A stretch of 64,000 nucleotides of DNA from Phoronis australis (GCA_002633005.1 NMRA01000024.1:1619177-1683176); one strand, 5' to 3'; shown: positions 35,398 through 49,890, counted from the first letter of the stretch. Numbers and translations are program-made. The notes: generated by a model not told the origin, from the letters alone.

Positions 35398-36524
35398 AGT
35401 TGTGACCTACTTTTCATTTGGCGAAATTTAGCAGACGACAGAATAAAAATATCGATGAATCTTCACTGATTTTATTCGAAAGATCATGAAATCTATGGAA
35501 TCGTACAGATAATGCGACTTTAAGGTACATACCCAGCTTTACATGAACATGTATCAGTGGCCTTGTCATTTGTCAGGTGAAGGTGGCCCCGAGGCCGAGG
35601 GGTTCTTCGGATTTTCGCTGGCTCCTCGAGCACTTATTTTTGCATCGTCACCTTTACAAATTCCCATATCATGAACGAACGATTCTCTGTTGAAAAGCAT
35701 CGCCACCTGTCTCTGTCGACGCGTTTTCAAATAGTGCAAACACACTCATCGATTCCACCAGGAACGTCGTTTAGCGACAGTGTATTTGCCTCTGACATCT
35801 CGTTCGAATGTCGGGTATCACTTGACTTTTCGCATAGGGGCGGAGCTTGCGGTAGGTCAATTGTTTCTTTGTTGGGTTTATCCAGATCAAAACAGTAGTG
35901 TAAGTTGGATACTTTAAACCTGGTTTTACTAATACCACTCCCTGGTCTAACAAAACCAGGCTATTAAACCTTGTTGGTGAAATGCAAGTTAAGTCTTAAG
36001 TTAGACCAGGTCTATGAAGACCTCCCGAGGTTTAAGTCTTAAACATGGTTTTGTTAAACCACCTTATGAAATCGGTGAAAGTGTACTACTGGCCCCGACT
36101 TGAGTGTTGGTTTTGAAGTGAAGCTTTAAATTGGTCCTGTGAAGACATATGATGAAGTTAATGAAGACAATGTTTTGTTATTTTCAACATCTTTGAATTG
36201 TCTATGCTCTGCGAGTGGAGAGCCTACATCACAATTAGAATTCAGACAGAATGTTGAACTGTCGTGGTACAACGCACAAGTTTTGTAACTAAATTAATCA
36301 CATGCTTCATTACAGGTGCTCAGGCTTTGGAGAGGGATATGCTTAATCCCAACTGTAAGTAACTTCACTAATAGTGGATAGTGACAAGAGTTGTGAAGGT
36401 GATAGATATTGCGGAAGTGGATGTGATGCAGGTACACAGCTGGTAACCAGGAATAATGGATAAAGACCAGCCTAGTGAAGATGGTGGACATGATGGAGGT
36501 ACACTGCTGGATAGTGACCAATAC

Positions 36525-36835
36525 AGTGAAGAGGATGGACGTGGTTTAGATACACAGTTGAGTGCAAGAGTAATAGATAGTGACCAGTCAAGTGAAGATT
36601 ATTCGAGTATTGAAAGTTCAGGGTCGGAGAGTGAAGAGGATGGACGTGGTTTAGATACACAGTTGAAAGCAAGAGTAATAGATAGTGACCAGTCAGGTGA
36701 AGATTATTCGAGTATTGGAAGTTCAGGGTCGGAGAGTGAAGAGGATGGACGTGGTTTAGATACACAGTTGAGTGCAAGAGTAATAGATAGGGACCAGTCA
36801 CGTGGAGAGTATCGGAGTACTCTAAGTTCAGGGAT
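36525..36835 (+). repeat. 105-bp tandem repeat x3 (35-aa Ser/Asp/Glu-rich unit if coding)
   Basis: gaggatggac at 36531, 36636 and 36741. Open frame 36456-36854. Confidence 0.9.
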
Positions 36836-37108
36836 GGAGATTGACAGGTGGTGAGTATTTTTGTCTAAGGCAATTCGTTTGACTCAGGATGTCAACATAT
36901 ACCATATTTTGAGCTAAAAATCCACAAGTCACCACACCATTATATTGACTTGTCTGTTTTGCTGTGACATGCCTTGCTCTGTCAGTAGCAACATTGAAGA
37001 CTGAAGTAGCAACCCACCAGTATAGGATAAAAGTTGTTCTTTGTAGTGGGTCCGGCTCCTGGTATCCTGGCATTTGTAACAAACTGAAAGAAAGTGAAGA
37101 TGTATATA

Positions 37109-40100
37109 CCGTAATCGTTCGGGTTAACGCCCATGCTCAGTTAACCGCCCACCCCTACTTTAAGTGGATTTTCGATTTAACCGCCCACTGCTCAGTTAAG
37201 CGCCCCCCTACGATTTTTGAAGATTTCCAGTTAAGCGCTCACCTCTCGGTTAAGCGCCCATCCCGTACTTTTAAAGAATGAAGATTTAGCGCCCAGTGCT
37301 AAGGAAACGGTGATTCCACGACTTTTACAAAAAGATCGATGATCACAATGAGCGTAACAACGCCGGGCCTTCAAGACGGTGGTTTAGCAATGTGAATTAC
37401 AATACAAGTAAGGAGGTCTTGTCTTGGGTCATGGACTCACTTCAAAATATAATACTTTAACGTTTTTGTCACTTTATTTTCTTCCCATGTTTACAAAGTT
37501 TAAGAACGGCGCCGGCGTCAAAACCCCCGCTTTCAGCGACTTTGTCTGCCGCACTGAGTTTCGGTCTGCAGTGCACTAGATAAAATATATATTCGAAAAA
37601 ATCAGGCCAGACAAATGTGACAATGGTTTTGCCAACCCTCCAAATTCTCTTAAGGTGGGAAGCTCTCGTATTTTGAAGAAATCTCACAACTCACGGAAAG
37701 ATTTCAAATTCTCATTTTGATAAATGTAACTGCCGGGTTGTAGAGGACGTGTGGCGACCGAAGGGACAGTACAAGTGCCTTACTGGGTTACCGATTTCGT
37801 TGCTGCCTATCGATTTCTGAATTCAAAGGTTGGCAATAATGTTTGTTTGTGTATGATCTTGAAGTAATAAAAAACAGCTAGTCAAATTTTGTTTTTTGCT
37901 CACTGCATCTCAGTCAAACTGGCGTTACCAGATTTAACTATTACATGTCGCTGGCTGGTCTTTATTTTTTCTTGCGTCAGCCCCCACGTATAAGCGTGAC
38001 TGTGAAATATCGTTTCCACATCCCCTTTTTGCCATCCAGAATAATTTTGTTTATACATTGGCCAGTTTCTTACCATTCGAGTCTGAAATATCTACGACGT
38101 AGACTGACTGAAAATTGGCGATAGTGGGTAGGAGATGCACACAGCTAGCTACGGGCATGGGCTTAGGGAGCATCGAGCGGGAAATATCGGAATAGACTTG
38201 ACATCGCAGTTCTGGGGAACATTGGCAACGGAGGAATATCGTAAAGAACTGGGTCTTTCGTAACAACAGCTTAAAAGTACATAGTCACGCCCGTTTTTGT
38301 TACTTAGGGCTATTCTCTTTTGATGTGTGACTTTGTAGTCATTTTGGTGCATGTGCGCAAGTTCCCACACTTTGCAGTGCATGTTACCTTGACACCAACA
38401 TGTGATTGACAGGTGCTCACTCGTAGGCCCTACGTGCGTGCTGATTCCCGCCGCTATCTTTGGCCATAAAAAACGAGATGTATATTGGAAGAGGCCGTTT
38501 TATTACTTGACGGCATTTCCAAGTCACGACTGTCAGCCGACTGAGACATTGCTTGCTAACAGCGAGACCGAACAGTGCCGCNTGAACTTGGAATACACGA
38601 GGAAAGTTTACGAGTTCACTCAAATAATCACGTTCACGTTGATAAAAATTTGCATTGCACTAAATTGAATAACATGTTGATAAAATGACGTAAATTTTAA
38701 CCAATCCTTTTTCAACTATTGGTGATCTTTTTCACCAAAGAATAATTGATTTAGCACTGAACGTATTCCGATTCTTAGACTAAAGTTGAACGCTAAAGGA
38801 GAAAATGGGTGATCATGAGGCCAATAATTATAAAAATTCTTTACGCAGAGGAAAAAAACACATGATTGCACCATAGATTATCGACTATAGTCTATGATTG
38901 CACAAAAAGAATTCAATTCCAAGTTCACGCATACGCGATCTTGAGATTAAGCAAGATTACAAGACGCTACGGTCTCTGGTACTACTCTAGACAATGACCA
39001 TCGTCTCTATTCAGAATAGAGTCTCTATTCTGGATAGAGACGATGGCCTACAAAGTTCGGCAGACCAATTTACCAAGGTCCATAGCAGGACTTTGGGGTC
39101 TGTTCAGAGATAAATTCTTCCGTGAATTACAGACAGGAGAACCTAGAACTGTGTTGTTTAGACTTATGATTTTTTGAGTTTTAAACACACAAAACGCTTG
39201 TTATCGGCCGACCAGGGCTCGAAACCCGATCAGGCCCGTCGCGGCTGGACTGACTCGTTATCCCGGCCAGTGGCTCGGAACCCCATCAGGCCCGTCGCGG
39301 CCACCGAGACTGGCACGAACATAAACCAGCTCGAGTTGGAAACTAAACCTCCAGTCAGGAAAAGACTATAATAGTGGATCCGAAGAAATAATGGGAATTA
39401 GACACAAAACTGAAAATCTACTTACCGTAAACGTTCGGGTTAACGCCCATGCTCAGTTAACCGCCCACCCCCTACTTTAGGTGTATTTTCGATTTAACCG
39501 CCCACTGCTCAGTTAAGCGCCCACCCTGGATTTTTTGAAGTTTCACGTTTAAGCGCCCATGTCTGGTTAACCGCCCACCCCCGATTTTTTGAGTTTGCCA
39601 ATTTAACCACCCAGGGCGTTAACGGTTAACGTTTACGGTATTTGTCAGGGGCCGCGAAATCCGCGGGTTCCCCTTCCAAAGACCGCCAGGACAAATGTAA
39701 CAATGATTACAATAATGTAATTGTATTTCTGAATAAAGATTCCTCTAATATGTGACCATAGACATACAATCGAGTAATTGTTTCACAACGGCATTGCAGG
39801 AAACATTGAATTGGCATGTACTCATACGGCCTCAGTCGGTGCCTGCATGGTCAATTACCTTTATTGCCGGCACCAAAAACCGGTAACGCAGTGGTTTATT
39901 CATTACTGGCTTCTCAACATTTGCACTCACAAATACTGCAAAGGCAAACTATCTTATGAGACAGACTTTGTTTCAGTTTTATATAGGCATTGGTTAGGAT
40001 GAGAATAATTCATTTTGAAACGGAACGTGGAATAATAAAAGTCTACATGGCAACTCGCCCGGCGCCAATTCCAATTAAGGTACCTAAACTACACGGTCAA

Positions 40101-40380
40101 CGGACTCATAAACACAGGCACAGACCTGCAAACACGGTCCACTGAGTCACAAACACAAGGAACCAATCGACTCACAAAACACAATCCACGCACCCAAATA
40201 CACGGGACATGGACTCATATTCACGAGGAAACACGGTTAACGGACCGCCAAACACGGTTTACTGACAAAATGAAGATGTCAGCTGACCCATGTTTGGCGG
40301 TCCGATAACCGTGNCGCCCACCCCCGATTTTTTGAGTTTGCCAATTTAACCGCCCAGGGCGTTAACCCGAACGATTACGG
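37109..40380. mobile_element. pogo/Tc2-like non-autonomous DNA transposon
   Basis: TA|CCGTAATCGTTCGGGTTAACGCCC ... GGGCGTTAACCCGAACGATTACGG|TA perfect TIR, with subterminal TTAA(C/G)CGCCC repeats. Single Ns inside mean it could be an assembly composite. Confidence 0.65.
39425..39638. mobile_element. 214-bp MITE of the same pogo-like family
   Basis: TA|CCGTAAACGTT...AACGTTTACGG|TA with the same subterminal motifs. Confidence 0.8.
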
Positions 40381-41096
40381 TATGCAGTTGTCTGACCAGT
40401 TCATTCAGGGTCTAATTTGTTCCACGAACGTGCGGCATGGACATCTAAAGTGGAAAAAATTTCCAGGTCACATACTTTGTACTCAAAGAATTGAAAGATC
40501 TTCAGGACCCTAAAGAACAACTGACCAGAATTTATCACACCAAGACCTATAATTTATCTTGTCAAGACTGAAAATTTATCACTCCAGAATAGAAAACTTA
40601 CATGTATCACGCCAGGACAGAAAACTGATCGTGCTAATACAAAAATCTTTATGCCAGGAGGCCATGCAACCATCCTTTGTCTGACAATGTTGATCCCCTT
40701 TGTCTATCATTCTCAGCTGTTGAATGGTTAGGTTCATGACTTTGAGAGGTCAATTATGCTTGTGGATAATCATCAAGTGGTCTCCTGGTATGAAAAGTGA
40801 ATGACATTAAAAACTGCCATGTTGTTGAAATTAACAATGATCAGGACTTAAATTAACCACAGTCTCTCATTTCATGCTTCATCACAACAAAGTTTTCCAA
40901 AGAACCATTGTTTTCTTACAGAGAGCATTATTCCAGTCTTGACAGGCACTCTATATAATAAGAACTGCAGCCCTGGAATGCCATTTCGATCTCGCGCTTC
41001 TGAGGTTGCGTAACACATGCTGGAAGTTGTTTGTTTCGTTTGTCCAAGGGCATATATTTTTGCACCCTAAATGTAAGCCTGGTAGGATCCTGTTCA

Positions 41097-41789
41097 TTTT
41101 TATGCGCCCACATATTTGTATGTGGACGCATTATGCCGTCATCTCCGTCCGTCCGTACGGGCGGCGTCCGTCCGGCGTCCGGCGTCCGCTGCTCTATCTC
41201 CAAAACCCTTTAACATATGTTCATGAAATTTGGCACATATGTTCCATTCATGAATGGGACGGCATGTGCGAACTTTCGGACGGATCCGACTAGTGGTGTG
41301 CCCCCTAGTGGCACCCCTAGTTTTAGTTTTTTACGCTTACCTTTGTATCTTCAAAAGTCCTGAACGGATTTTCATGAAATTTGGTATGTAGGCACTTATT
41401 AGTGAGATGACGCTATCCTCCCGTTTTCAGATGGATTCGACATAGATTGCGCCACCTAGTGGCCATTTTTAGTGTTTTCAAGTGTGTTTTTGTGCGTCAA
41501 CCCCTCTATCAACCAAACCGCTCAAAGGATGATTGTGAAAATTGGCATGTATATGCTTACTATGTAGAGGACGGTTGACGATGACTTTCCAACGATTTCG
41601 ACTACTGTGGCGCCTCCTAGTGGCAGTTTTTTTTCGCCTATGGCTGTATCTCCTAAACCGTTCGCAGGATTTTTACGAAATTGTGTAAGTATATTTATAT
41701 GATGTTTGGAANACCAATAAACAACCCTAGAAGGATACCGTATGCGGTGCAATTGTGGGCGCATTTCAACGCTCTGCGTTGCTCTTGTT
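41097..41789 (+). mobile_element. HINE copy 2
   Basis: TTTTT-ATGCGCCCACA subTIR, palindrome, (GTCC)n, 3' subTIR TGTGGGCGCAT, short hairpin, GCTCTTGTT end. N at 41711. Confidence 0.82.
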
Positions 41790-42965
41790 TCAGTTATTTA
41801 TTAGCATTGATAAACAAGTACAAAACAAACAAGTACATCCATTCATTCAATCATGCACACCTCAGGAGAGACCATTCTCGTATCTCGTATAAAGTAAACA
41901 TGGAGTGACATGGAGTTAACGTGTACATTAAAATTCTCCAATTTCCCATGTACACAAAATCTTTATATGCAATTAATTTTTTAGCATTATTGTTCTTTTA
42001 AGTATAATTGTAACAAACTTGTGAACATTAGGTATATTTTTGTGATGCTGATCATTTTATGAAACCTTGAAACTTTAAAATCATATAGATGACCGTTCAA
42101 AATTATGCATTAAAACGTTTTACTTTTTACTGATTGGTTTGTGAGGTACACAAGTAAAAAACAACTCTTTTCTGTTTTGATGGGCCTTTAAAAGTGCTGT
42201 TGGGTTTTGTACGCAAGGCACATCATAACTTTAAAGGAGTAATGTACCTTACTGATGAGGGTAGAACCCAGTGCGAAAAAAGAATACACAAATGGGATTT
42301 CAAGTCCACCTTGTGGGAGATTCACCCTCTTGTAACGACCATTTGTGACTGTACAGTCGATGTGACCACCTCATCTTACAAAGTGTTAAAAGACTGCCGA
42401 GTGGTCACGATGAACATGGCCGACAGTTATACCGTTTTTTATAGCCATACTGTGAGGATCGTCGTGTGGGTGATGCCAAAAATATCTGTAATCATGTTAG
42501 CCCTAAACAGTCGAATGTGTATGTCATATCGAAGTGTTAGCTAGTGTGTGTTGATCTAGGATGGAGCTTATGGTCTCTCTGAAGTTAACTTAGTGAACTC
42601 ACATGTAATGACACTATTCACAAAGTCTGTGATCATCAACAAATCTATACATTTCTATGCAGTAACAGCAAAACAGACCCCAAAAATAGGTTACACCTCT
42701 ACCCGACTCCCCATGGCCAGCAGCTACGCAGTGACACCTGTACAGCTTGTGGTCACTTTAAACAAACAGTTCCTCTTTACGAAGTCTATGATTAGTCCTA
42801 TCTGAGACTCCACAAGTCTTTACATTTCAATATTATAACAACAGGACAAACCCCAAGGATAGATTACACCTCTCCCCAACTCCCCATGAATATCAGCCAG
42901 GGTGACGCCTTGACTGGTGGCCGTCTATTTGAAGACACAATCCTTCACTGAAATTTGCACTGCAN

Positions 42966-43470
42966 AAAAAAACTGCCACTAGGAGGCGCCACAGTAGTCA
43001 AAATCGTCGGAAAATCATAGTCAACCGTCCCCTTCATAGTAAGCACATACATGCCAATTTTCACAATCATCCTTTGAGCAGTTTGGATGATAGAGGAGTG
43101 GACGCAAAAAAACGACTCGAAAACAGTAAAAATGGCCATTAGGTGGCACAAACTTCGTTGAATCCATCCAAAAACGGAAGAATAGCGTCATCTCACTTAA
43201 TAGGTGCCTACATACCAAATTTCATGAAAATATGTTAAGGACTTTTTAAGATACAAAGGTAAGCATAAAAAACTAAAATTGCCACTAGGGGACACATCGG
43301 AAGTCCGATCCGTCCGAAAGTTCGCTAATGCCGTCCCATTTATGAATGGAACATATGTGCCATATTTCATGAGAGTATGTCAAAGGGTTTTGGAGATAGA
43401 GCAGCGGACGCCGGACGAACGGAGATGACGGCATAATGCGTCCACATATAAATGTGTGGGCGCATAAAAA
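42966..43470 (-). mobile_element. HINE copy 3 (truncated at an N join)
   Basis: High similarity to 8050-9028 (without the LINE insert) and to the reverse complement of 41097-41640. Confidence 0.82.
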
Positions 43471-44272
43471 TGGGAGAATTGTGTGGTAAAGATTGTAAAT
43501 ATGCTGTCACGCATCAGCGCAAAGCCTTGAGTACGTAAATGGTGCCCCGTCTGTCAAAAAGGGGGATAATTCTGATGTGTGGTGGGACGCGGGATGTAGG
43601 TTCAAAAAGAAAGACGGTCCTGTCAAAACCGCAGCTATGGTAGTAAAACACATGAATGCTTACGGACCATTGAACTAACTTGCACTAAAACAGTCGTGTC
43701 AGACATTTTGAGTGTTACAATAAAAATTTCTGACACAGGAATTTTCTCAACACACATCACTCTTCAGCCATGCCCTGAACTGGCCTGAAGGCGTGACCTC
43801 CAGCAAATCACACCTTTAGCTCCCGATCAGTTGAGAGTGCACACCCACAGAACTTGCTAGGGGGCAAGGTGGAAATACAAGAAGAAAATCACTCTCCCTT
43901 GTATGTCAAGAAGAGCCTATAAACTTCAGTAAAATTTTAACCAATTTCATAAAAACATGATTACCAAAATTGATCTTTTTTATTTCCAAAGGCTTCTAAC
44001 ATTGTGTCTAGATTCACAACTTACAGTAAAATCACGATATAACATGCCCGCATTTTGCGAATCATTTTTCTCCACTGAATAACGGGCATCAAACTGGTTC
44101 TCAAAACATGGGCACATCATATCCGACTATTGCCAAAATCTCTTCAAAATAGCACATTGATGTGAAATTACACAACCTCGGAGGTGTCGGGGAGCGACAA
44201 GTTGCACCAAGATTATTTTTGTCCATACTTTCTTTTCCAACCAATCACCTTATAAGGTACTCAGGACTATTT

Positions 44273-44388
44273 GCGCTGGTGCTAGGGCCACTGCCTGTCT
44301 GTGTCTGCAGGCGCTGGCCCTAGGGCCACTGCCTGTCTGTGTCTGTAGGCGCTGGCCCTAGGGCCACTGCCTGTCTGTGTCTGCAGGC
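44273..44388. repeat. 38-bp tandem repeat x3
   Basis: Unit ctagggccactgcctgtctgtgtctgcaggcgctggcc. Confidence 0.9.
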
Positions 44389-44667
44389 AACCTTACTGGA
44401 CATTACGTAATATTTCAATAACAAAAAGTCCAAACTTAAAGAAGCAGAAAAATCACAAGACCATGTAAACAGAAACTTTTATTTGCACTTGGTGTTTGCT
44501 GCAGGGGAATAATGCTTTTGGTAGACAACTTGCCTACTTAAATAGACGAAGGAATAAATTGAGGACGACCATGGGAACAAATGGAAAGTGCCTGAATACA
44601 TGAAGAAACCAGCATACTCAAAAACTTTTCTAACGAAGAACTTAATGACACGTTTTCTCGGAATTAG

Positions 44668-44929
44668 AACAGGCGTCTAGTAGAATGGACCCAGCCTTAT
44701 GATCTATGCAAGTCTTATACACTGGCCACTAAACAGGCGTCTTGTAGAATGGACCCAGCCTTATGATCTATGCAAGTCTTATACACTGGCCACTAAACAG
44801 GCGTCTTGTAGAATGGACCCAGCCTTATGATCTATGCAAGTCTGATACACTGGCCACTAAACAGGCGTCTTGTAGAATGGACCCAGCCTTATGATCTATG
44901 CAAGTCTGATACACTGGCCACTAAACAGG
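44668..44929. repeat. 64-bp tandem repeat x4
   Basis: aacaggcgtc at 44668, 44732, 44796 and 44860; near-identical units with no spacers. Confidence 0.93.
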
Positions 44930-46530
44930 AATCTCATAAATATCCCTCATCCACTCTTTTCTTCAATCACACTCAGGACAAATACAAAATGAAACCAAAA
45001 AGACACGGCGTACCTGAAACTTCATGGCCCAGCATCCAGTGTTGAAACGAGATGATAGCTATAGCAAATGGGCCTCACCATCGAAGACTGATCTCTCAAA
45101 CTCAACACCCCACACCAACACCAGACTGCTATTGTGACTCCCAAAAGGACAACACTGTTGACATACCTGAGTAATGACTTAACAGAGTCTCACTATGTCC
45201 AGGTAGGTATATAAACACATGACATTGGTGCACTGTTTACCAGAAAAACACATTCTTCAACAAGAGAATCAGATGAACTCACCCTTTGGGAGGGGTAGAC
45301 TGATAGAGCAACAGAATTGAACAAACAAGATCTATCTTATCCATTAAAAAATATTTCAGATTAACAAAAACTTGGTAACAACAGCATACTGCATGCAAAC
45401 AACAGAATAAGAATTTTGAAATATTTCCAAATACATAAGCTTTCTCCCTTCATAGGCAAAATGGACCCGCCCGCACCTTCTATAAGCCCACTGTATGCTG
45501 GGCCAGAGCAATGAGCTAATGGCCAATGTGACTTTGAAATAACTAGCAGGGGTTAGAAACAATTCTGATTCTAAACCCAGCAGGACTAGACTATTTTTGA
45601 CAGGAGATGCAGCTGGGACATTAGGCTACTCGCCCATTCAGACAATGGACTCGAAAATAGAGGTCCATTAGTAAGGGGCTTCTAAGAAAATGTCACACCT
45701 TCAAAGGGTTTCATTACAGAATCACCACAAGATTATGAAGATCATTCTGCCTTGGCCTGGTCTCTTTCACAGGAATACCTCGATAACTGAATTTTTCATC
45801 CATCAAACACAAAACAGCAAAGGAAAAGATGCCACATTGTCGAAAATAAGAACATCATTTATAGCACAACATGGAAAATATTGCATGCTCAGTTGGAAAA
45901 TAAACCTAGAGTTTTTAATTTCTGAAGTAATACCTTTCGAAGTGGATTTTGTCAGAAAAGGCACAATTTCATGGTTAATCTGGTCGTGAAATACTCTCCC
46001 CTCTAAGCAAGACACCTTAAATACCTCTTCCATTGGAGTTCCCCACATTGTCTAAACCCAATTCCCGGACCAAGAGATACCAAACCAACAATACAAACCT
46101 TCAAACCAAGTCCGAGTAAGAGACGTGGTCACAGGACTGGAGTTTGGTCAGTGTGTATGGAGCATTTTTGGAGTTAGTGTACTGTGACTTTTGTGAATAC
46201 AACAGTCATCTGGTGCTGAGCTTTAGAAATTCAGTGCTTTCGTTTTGGAGCAGAAAAACTTTAGACATCGCACAAAATTCCTCCCGAATCATTAAAAAAA
46301 TCACCTCAAGGTTAGAATAAGTTTCAAGTCAAGCATATCCTGGGCACCAGAATGTTAACTATAATTGCGTAAGTCGTCACCTCACAATGTGATGGTTTGC
46401 TGGATAGGGATAGAGAACAAGCAGGGTGGAATTGTTGACAATAGGGGAGGGAGTCGTTTCTACACCCTGACTGGAACATCAGCCTAAGGAACTGCTGGTT
46501 TGTCCAATAATTTGGTCTGATCCGATGTGT

Positions 46531-46575
46531 CAATACAAAACAATACAATACAATACAATACAATACAATACAATA
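46531..46575. repeat. (CAATA)n microsatellite
   Basis: Direct sequence. Confidence 0.9.
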
Positions 46576-46938
46576 AAATCCAATACTATACAACCAATTA
46601 TGGAGTATGGGAATTCAGGAAGATTAAAAACCATAAAAACTCTGAAAGTTAGGTGAGTACAACTTTTTAAGAAGATCATACTGAGAAAATAAGCCAAAGA
46701 AACTATAAACAGAGTTAAAATCAGACTCAGCATTTCAAAAACATAATGTGCACATGTCAACCATTTAGGTGAACTTGCACCCTCAATAGAACCTACAAAC
46801 AAAGATTTTATAACCAAGTTTCCTTCTCAACTATGCTGATTTCTGTCGAAATTTTTAAATGCACTAAATGTATGCCAGTTCTCATTAATGTCTGATGCAA
46901 AAAACACCAACTTTTGCCTTGGACCACTTCAAGCTATA

Positions 46939-47358
46939 GTGCCGTTTACACTTACAAAGTTGACACTGATCAGCTGACACAGAACAAGTTCTTCTGGTGT
47001 GTAAACGGACTGACACAGCGCAAATTGACACCACGGTGACAAATTTTTGCCACCCGTTTGTGAGGTAGAGTAATTTGCGTCCGAACATCTTGCGCCGTGT
47101 CAATTATAAGTCTATTGTGAAACTGGAATAAGGCAGAAAGGATCATCTCTACTGCGCTTGTGCAATGACCTACATACGGGTTCTTTGTCTCTGCAACTCT
47201 CGTCATTTGTAAACCTGTGCATGTGCGATCCAGTCTCTCCAGCCTTTAATTTCCGTCTTGCCACGTTTAGTGAGTTGTGTGTGTAAACGGCCGCTTGACA
47301 CGGGTCAATTTGCTGTGTGTCAGTTGCTCCGGGCCAAAAGTTGATGTCTAAACGGGAC
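46939..47358. mobile_element. Harbinger-like MITE
   Basis: Ends gtgccgtttacac / gtctaaacgggac; internal gtgtaaacgg repeats. Confidence 0.45.
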
Positions 47359-47687
47359 TTATGAAACTGGTTTTAACGTTTTCCTGACCAAATTAACCTC
47401 AGAAGCTTAATTTCTCAAGAATTCAATAGAATGTTTCAGCTCACCATCTCTTCTATTACAGTATGGGACAGTCTCTAGAATTTGGGACAGTCTCTAGAAT
47501 TTGGGACAATCTCTAGAATTTGGGACACGGAAACTACTGCAAAGATTGAATTTTCTTCGTTCTGTAACAGGGAAAAATGAGATGATCGTAGCATTCATCA
47601 TATTTATTAAATTTCAGACAATGTCTTTTCAAGCCACAAGAGTGTACAATTTTGCCCGTCATTTTCGGTGTAAACAGAATTATCCGT

Positions 47688-47850
47688 CATGATGAGTGAT
47701 ACTGTATTTTGCCCAATTACTTTCCTCTGGTATTGAAGTGATGGGCCAATCAACAAAGACAATTCTTCATGATGAGTGATACTGTATTTTGCCCAATTAC
47801 TTTCCTCTGGTATTGAAGTGATGGGCCAATCAACAAAGACAATTCTTCAT
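47688..47850. repeat. 80-bp perfect tandem duplication (a 19-bp x3 repeat lies upstream at 47464-47527)
   Basis: catgatgagtgat at 47688 and 47768. Confidence 0.9.
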
Positions 47851-49890
47851 TTATTTCACAGAGAGATAACTAACTGCAAAAAAGGTCCTTTTTCTATTTT
47901 TAAAAGGTGGACCACCATGGAAACCTAACCAAATACTGTTTTAAGACACCCTACTCAGTACAAACCAACCTAATAGAAGACAAAATTCTTTCATTTTTTA
48001 GAGAAATAAGACAAAACAAAATTTGCCTTGCCTGCCATGTTGTTTTGCATAATCTGGTGAATGATTATTATAAGTCGCTTTCCCATTAAGGGAACTTCGG
48101 TTTACTGAAGCTTTGCCTAAACTTCGCTTAAACCTTTCCAACTAGACAGTGATATCGAAATTATCGCTAAGATACCAGACAACACAGTTCATTCGTACTC
48201 TCAAACAAGTGTTGAGTAGTGGGTTCGAGGCTAACTAAAAATTGTTCTCATGCCATTTACGAGTGTTTATGGAAATGATCAGTGTCATTCTTCATCACAT
48301 ATGCTTTCGTTTATTTATTTACGCAAGTCTGTCTAGAGCAAGTCCGCTACGCTACAATAACATAGAACACGTTTTGCGAGTCTTGCGTGATCGTATATCG
48401 TTGCCGCGACCTCTACCAATAACTTTCGCAAAGTTTCGCTCTGACCTTTCCCACTACACCAAAGTTTCACCTCTAATGGCCGATGGGAAAGCCACCATAG
48501 TCTAAAGCCACTTACACCTGCCCTGGGAAAATCACACCTTGGTGTAATTACAATTGAGTAAACACCAGTTAGATCAATATACATGTAAATAAACAATGGT
48601 TGAGGATATCTTAATAAACTGGACTTCCTCAGAACCAACAAGAACATTGAACAGATGCTGATTAGACACTTAGGAGCAGCCTCAAGGTACATTATTGTTT
48701 TACAGCCAAATAACACATTTTTGGGATACTTGTCATGTCGCATAGACTTCTTGAAGTTATTTCCTATGACAGGAGCTACAAAACAATAAAATTCGTTGTT
48801 TTTGTGATTTTGTTACAAATCACCAATTATTACCGATGTCTGCCAGACATTCATTGAAATAAAGGTCGGTGACTTTACCAGTTATTAAGTATGCTTAAAT
48901 TACTGCGCCATATATCTAGTTTTAGCTCAGCTAGCAGAGGGTTTGACTATGGCCACCAAGATAACCATTTCTAATGCGCTTGGGCTGTTCTCAGATATCA
49001 CCTTTTCCCTGATATCACGTTAACATCACAACAGATCATAAGTAACATACACTTCACCCTAGAACAACTTGACCTACAGCAACTTTAATTAATTAATTAA
49101 TAAAAGGCTTTTATCACACTTATTTAGCACACAATATGGCTGACAAACTAAATTCTATTTTGTTCAATTTTGTCAAGAAAACGGACTACTAGCATGGTTT
49201 GTGCTGTGCAGATGTCACAAACAACATTTAGTGAATTTCCCTTATTTGCTGTAAATTAATTAGCTTTTGACAAATGGAAAAATGACAATTTTCGCAATTA
49301 TTTTTGTGCGAAATAAACGGAGAATTACGGGGCTCTTTATTCACTTACACAAACCAAACAGTAATAGCATTAAGGAGGAATTGGCTTGGAATGGACAAAT
49401 AATATTCTTATGCGCTAATCCAACAGATCACAGAAATTCCGACAATTGCTTCAACTGCATGGTTACATGGCACAGGGAGACTTCAAAGCCGGCATAGAAC
49501 AAGACTAATTACTCATTACTTGATTGGCCAGGAACAACATAAACCTGGATTCTTGGCTAATCACTTCAAGTGTTGTTAGGTTGTTATGAATGCTGGAGTG
49601 TAGCAATCTGATCAGGATATCTCTGATGGCAGAAATCTTGAGACTGCCTCCACATTTCTAAGTAGAGACAGTCTGCCATATGGGGAGGGATTAATTACAC
49701 AGAGCACATGTCATTCAATTACCAGGACCATTGCCCAGGGGATAATGTCTTGCATTAGCTGAGCCATCTAATTCTGCACTGTTACAAGACAAGAATGACA
49801 GGCAAATCCAACTATGTCTACAATTCCCAGTCACTCAGCATAAAACCTGCAACACTACAAACTGCTAAAGCATAAACAGCTATACACCAA

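Noticed and set aside
44668-44929. Regular repeats resembling a CRISPR array (also 54989-55156)
   Set aside because: Units are head-to-tail with no unique spacers, there are no cas genes, and the context is eukaryotic.
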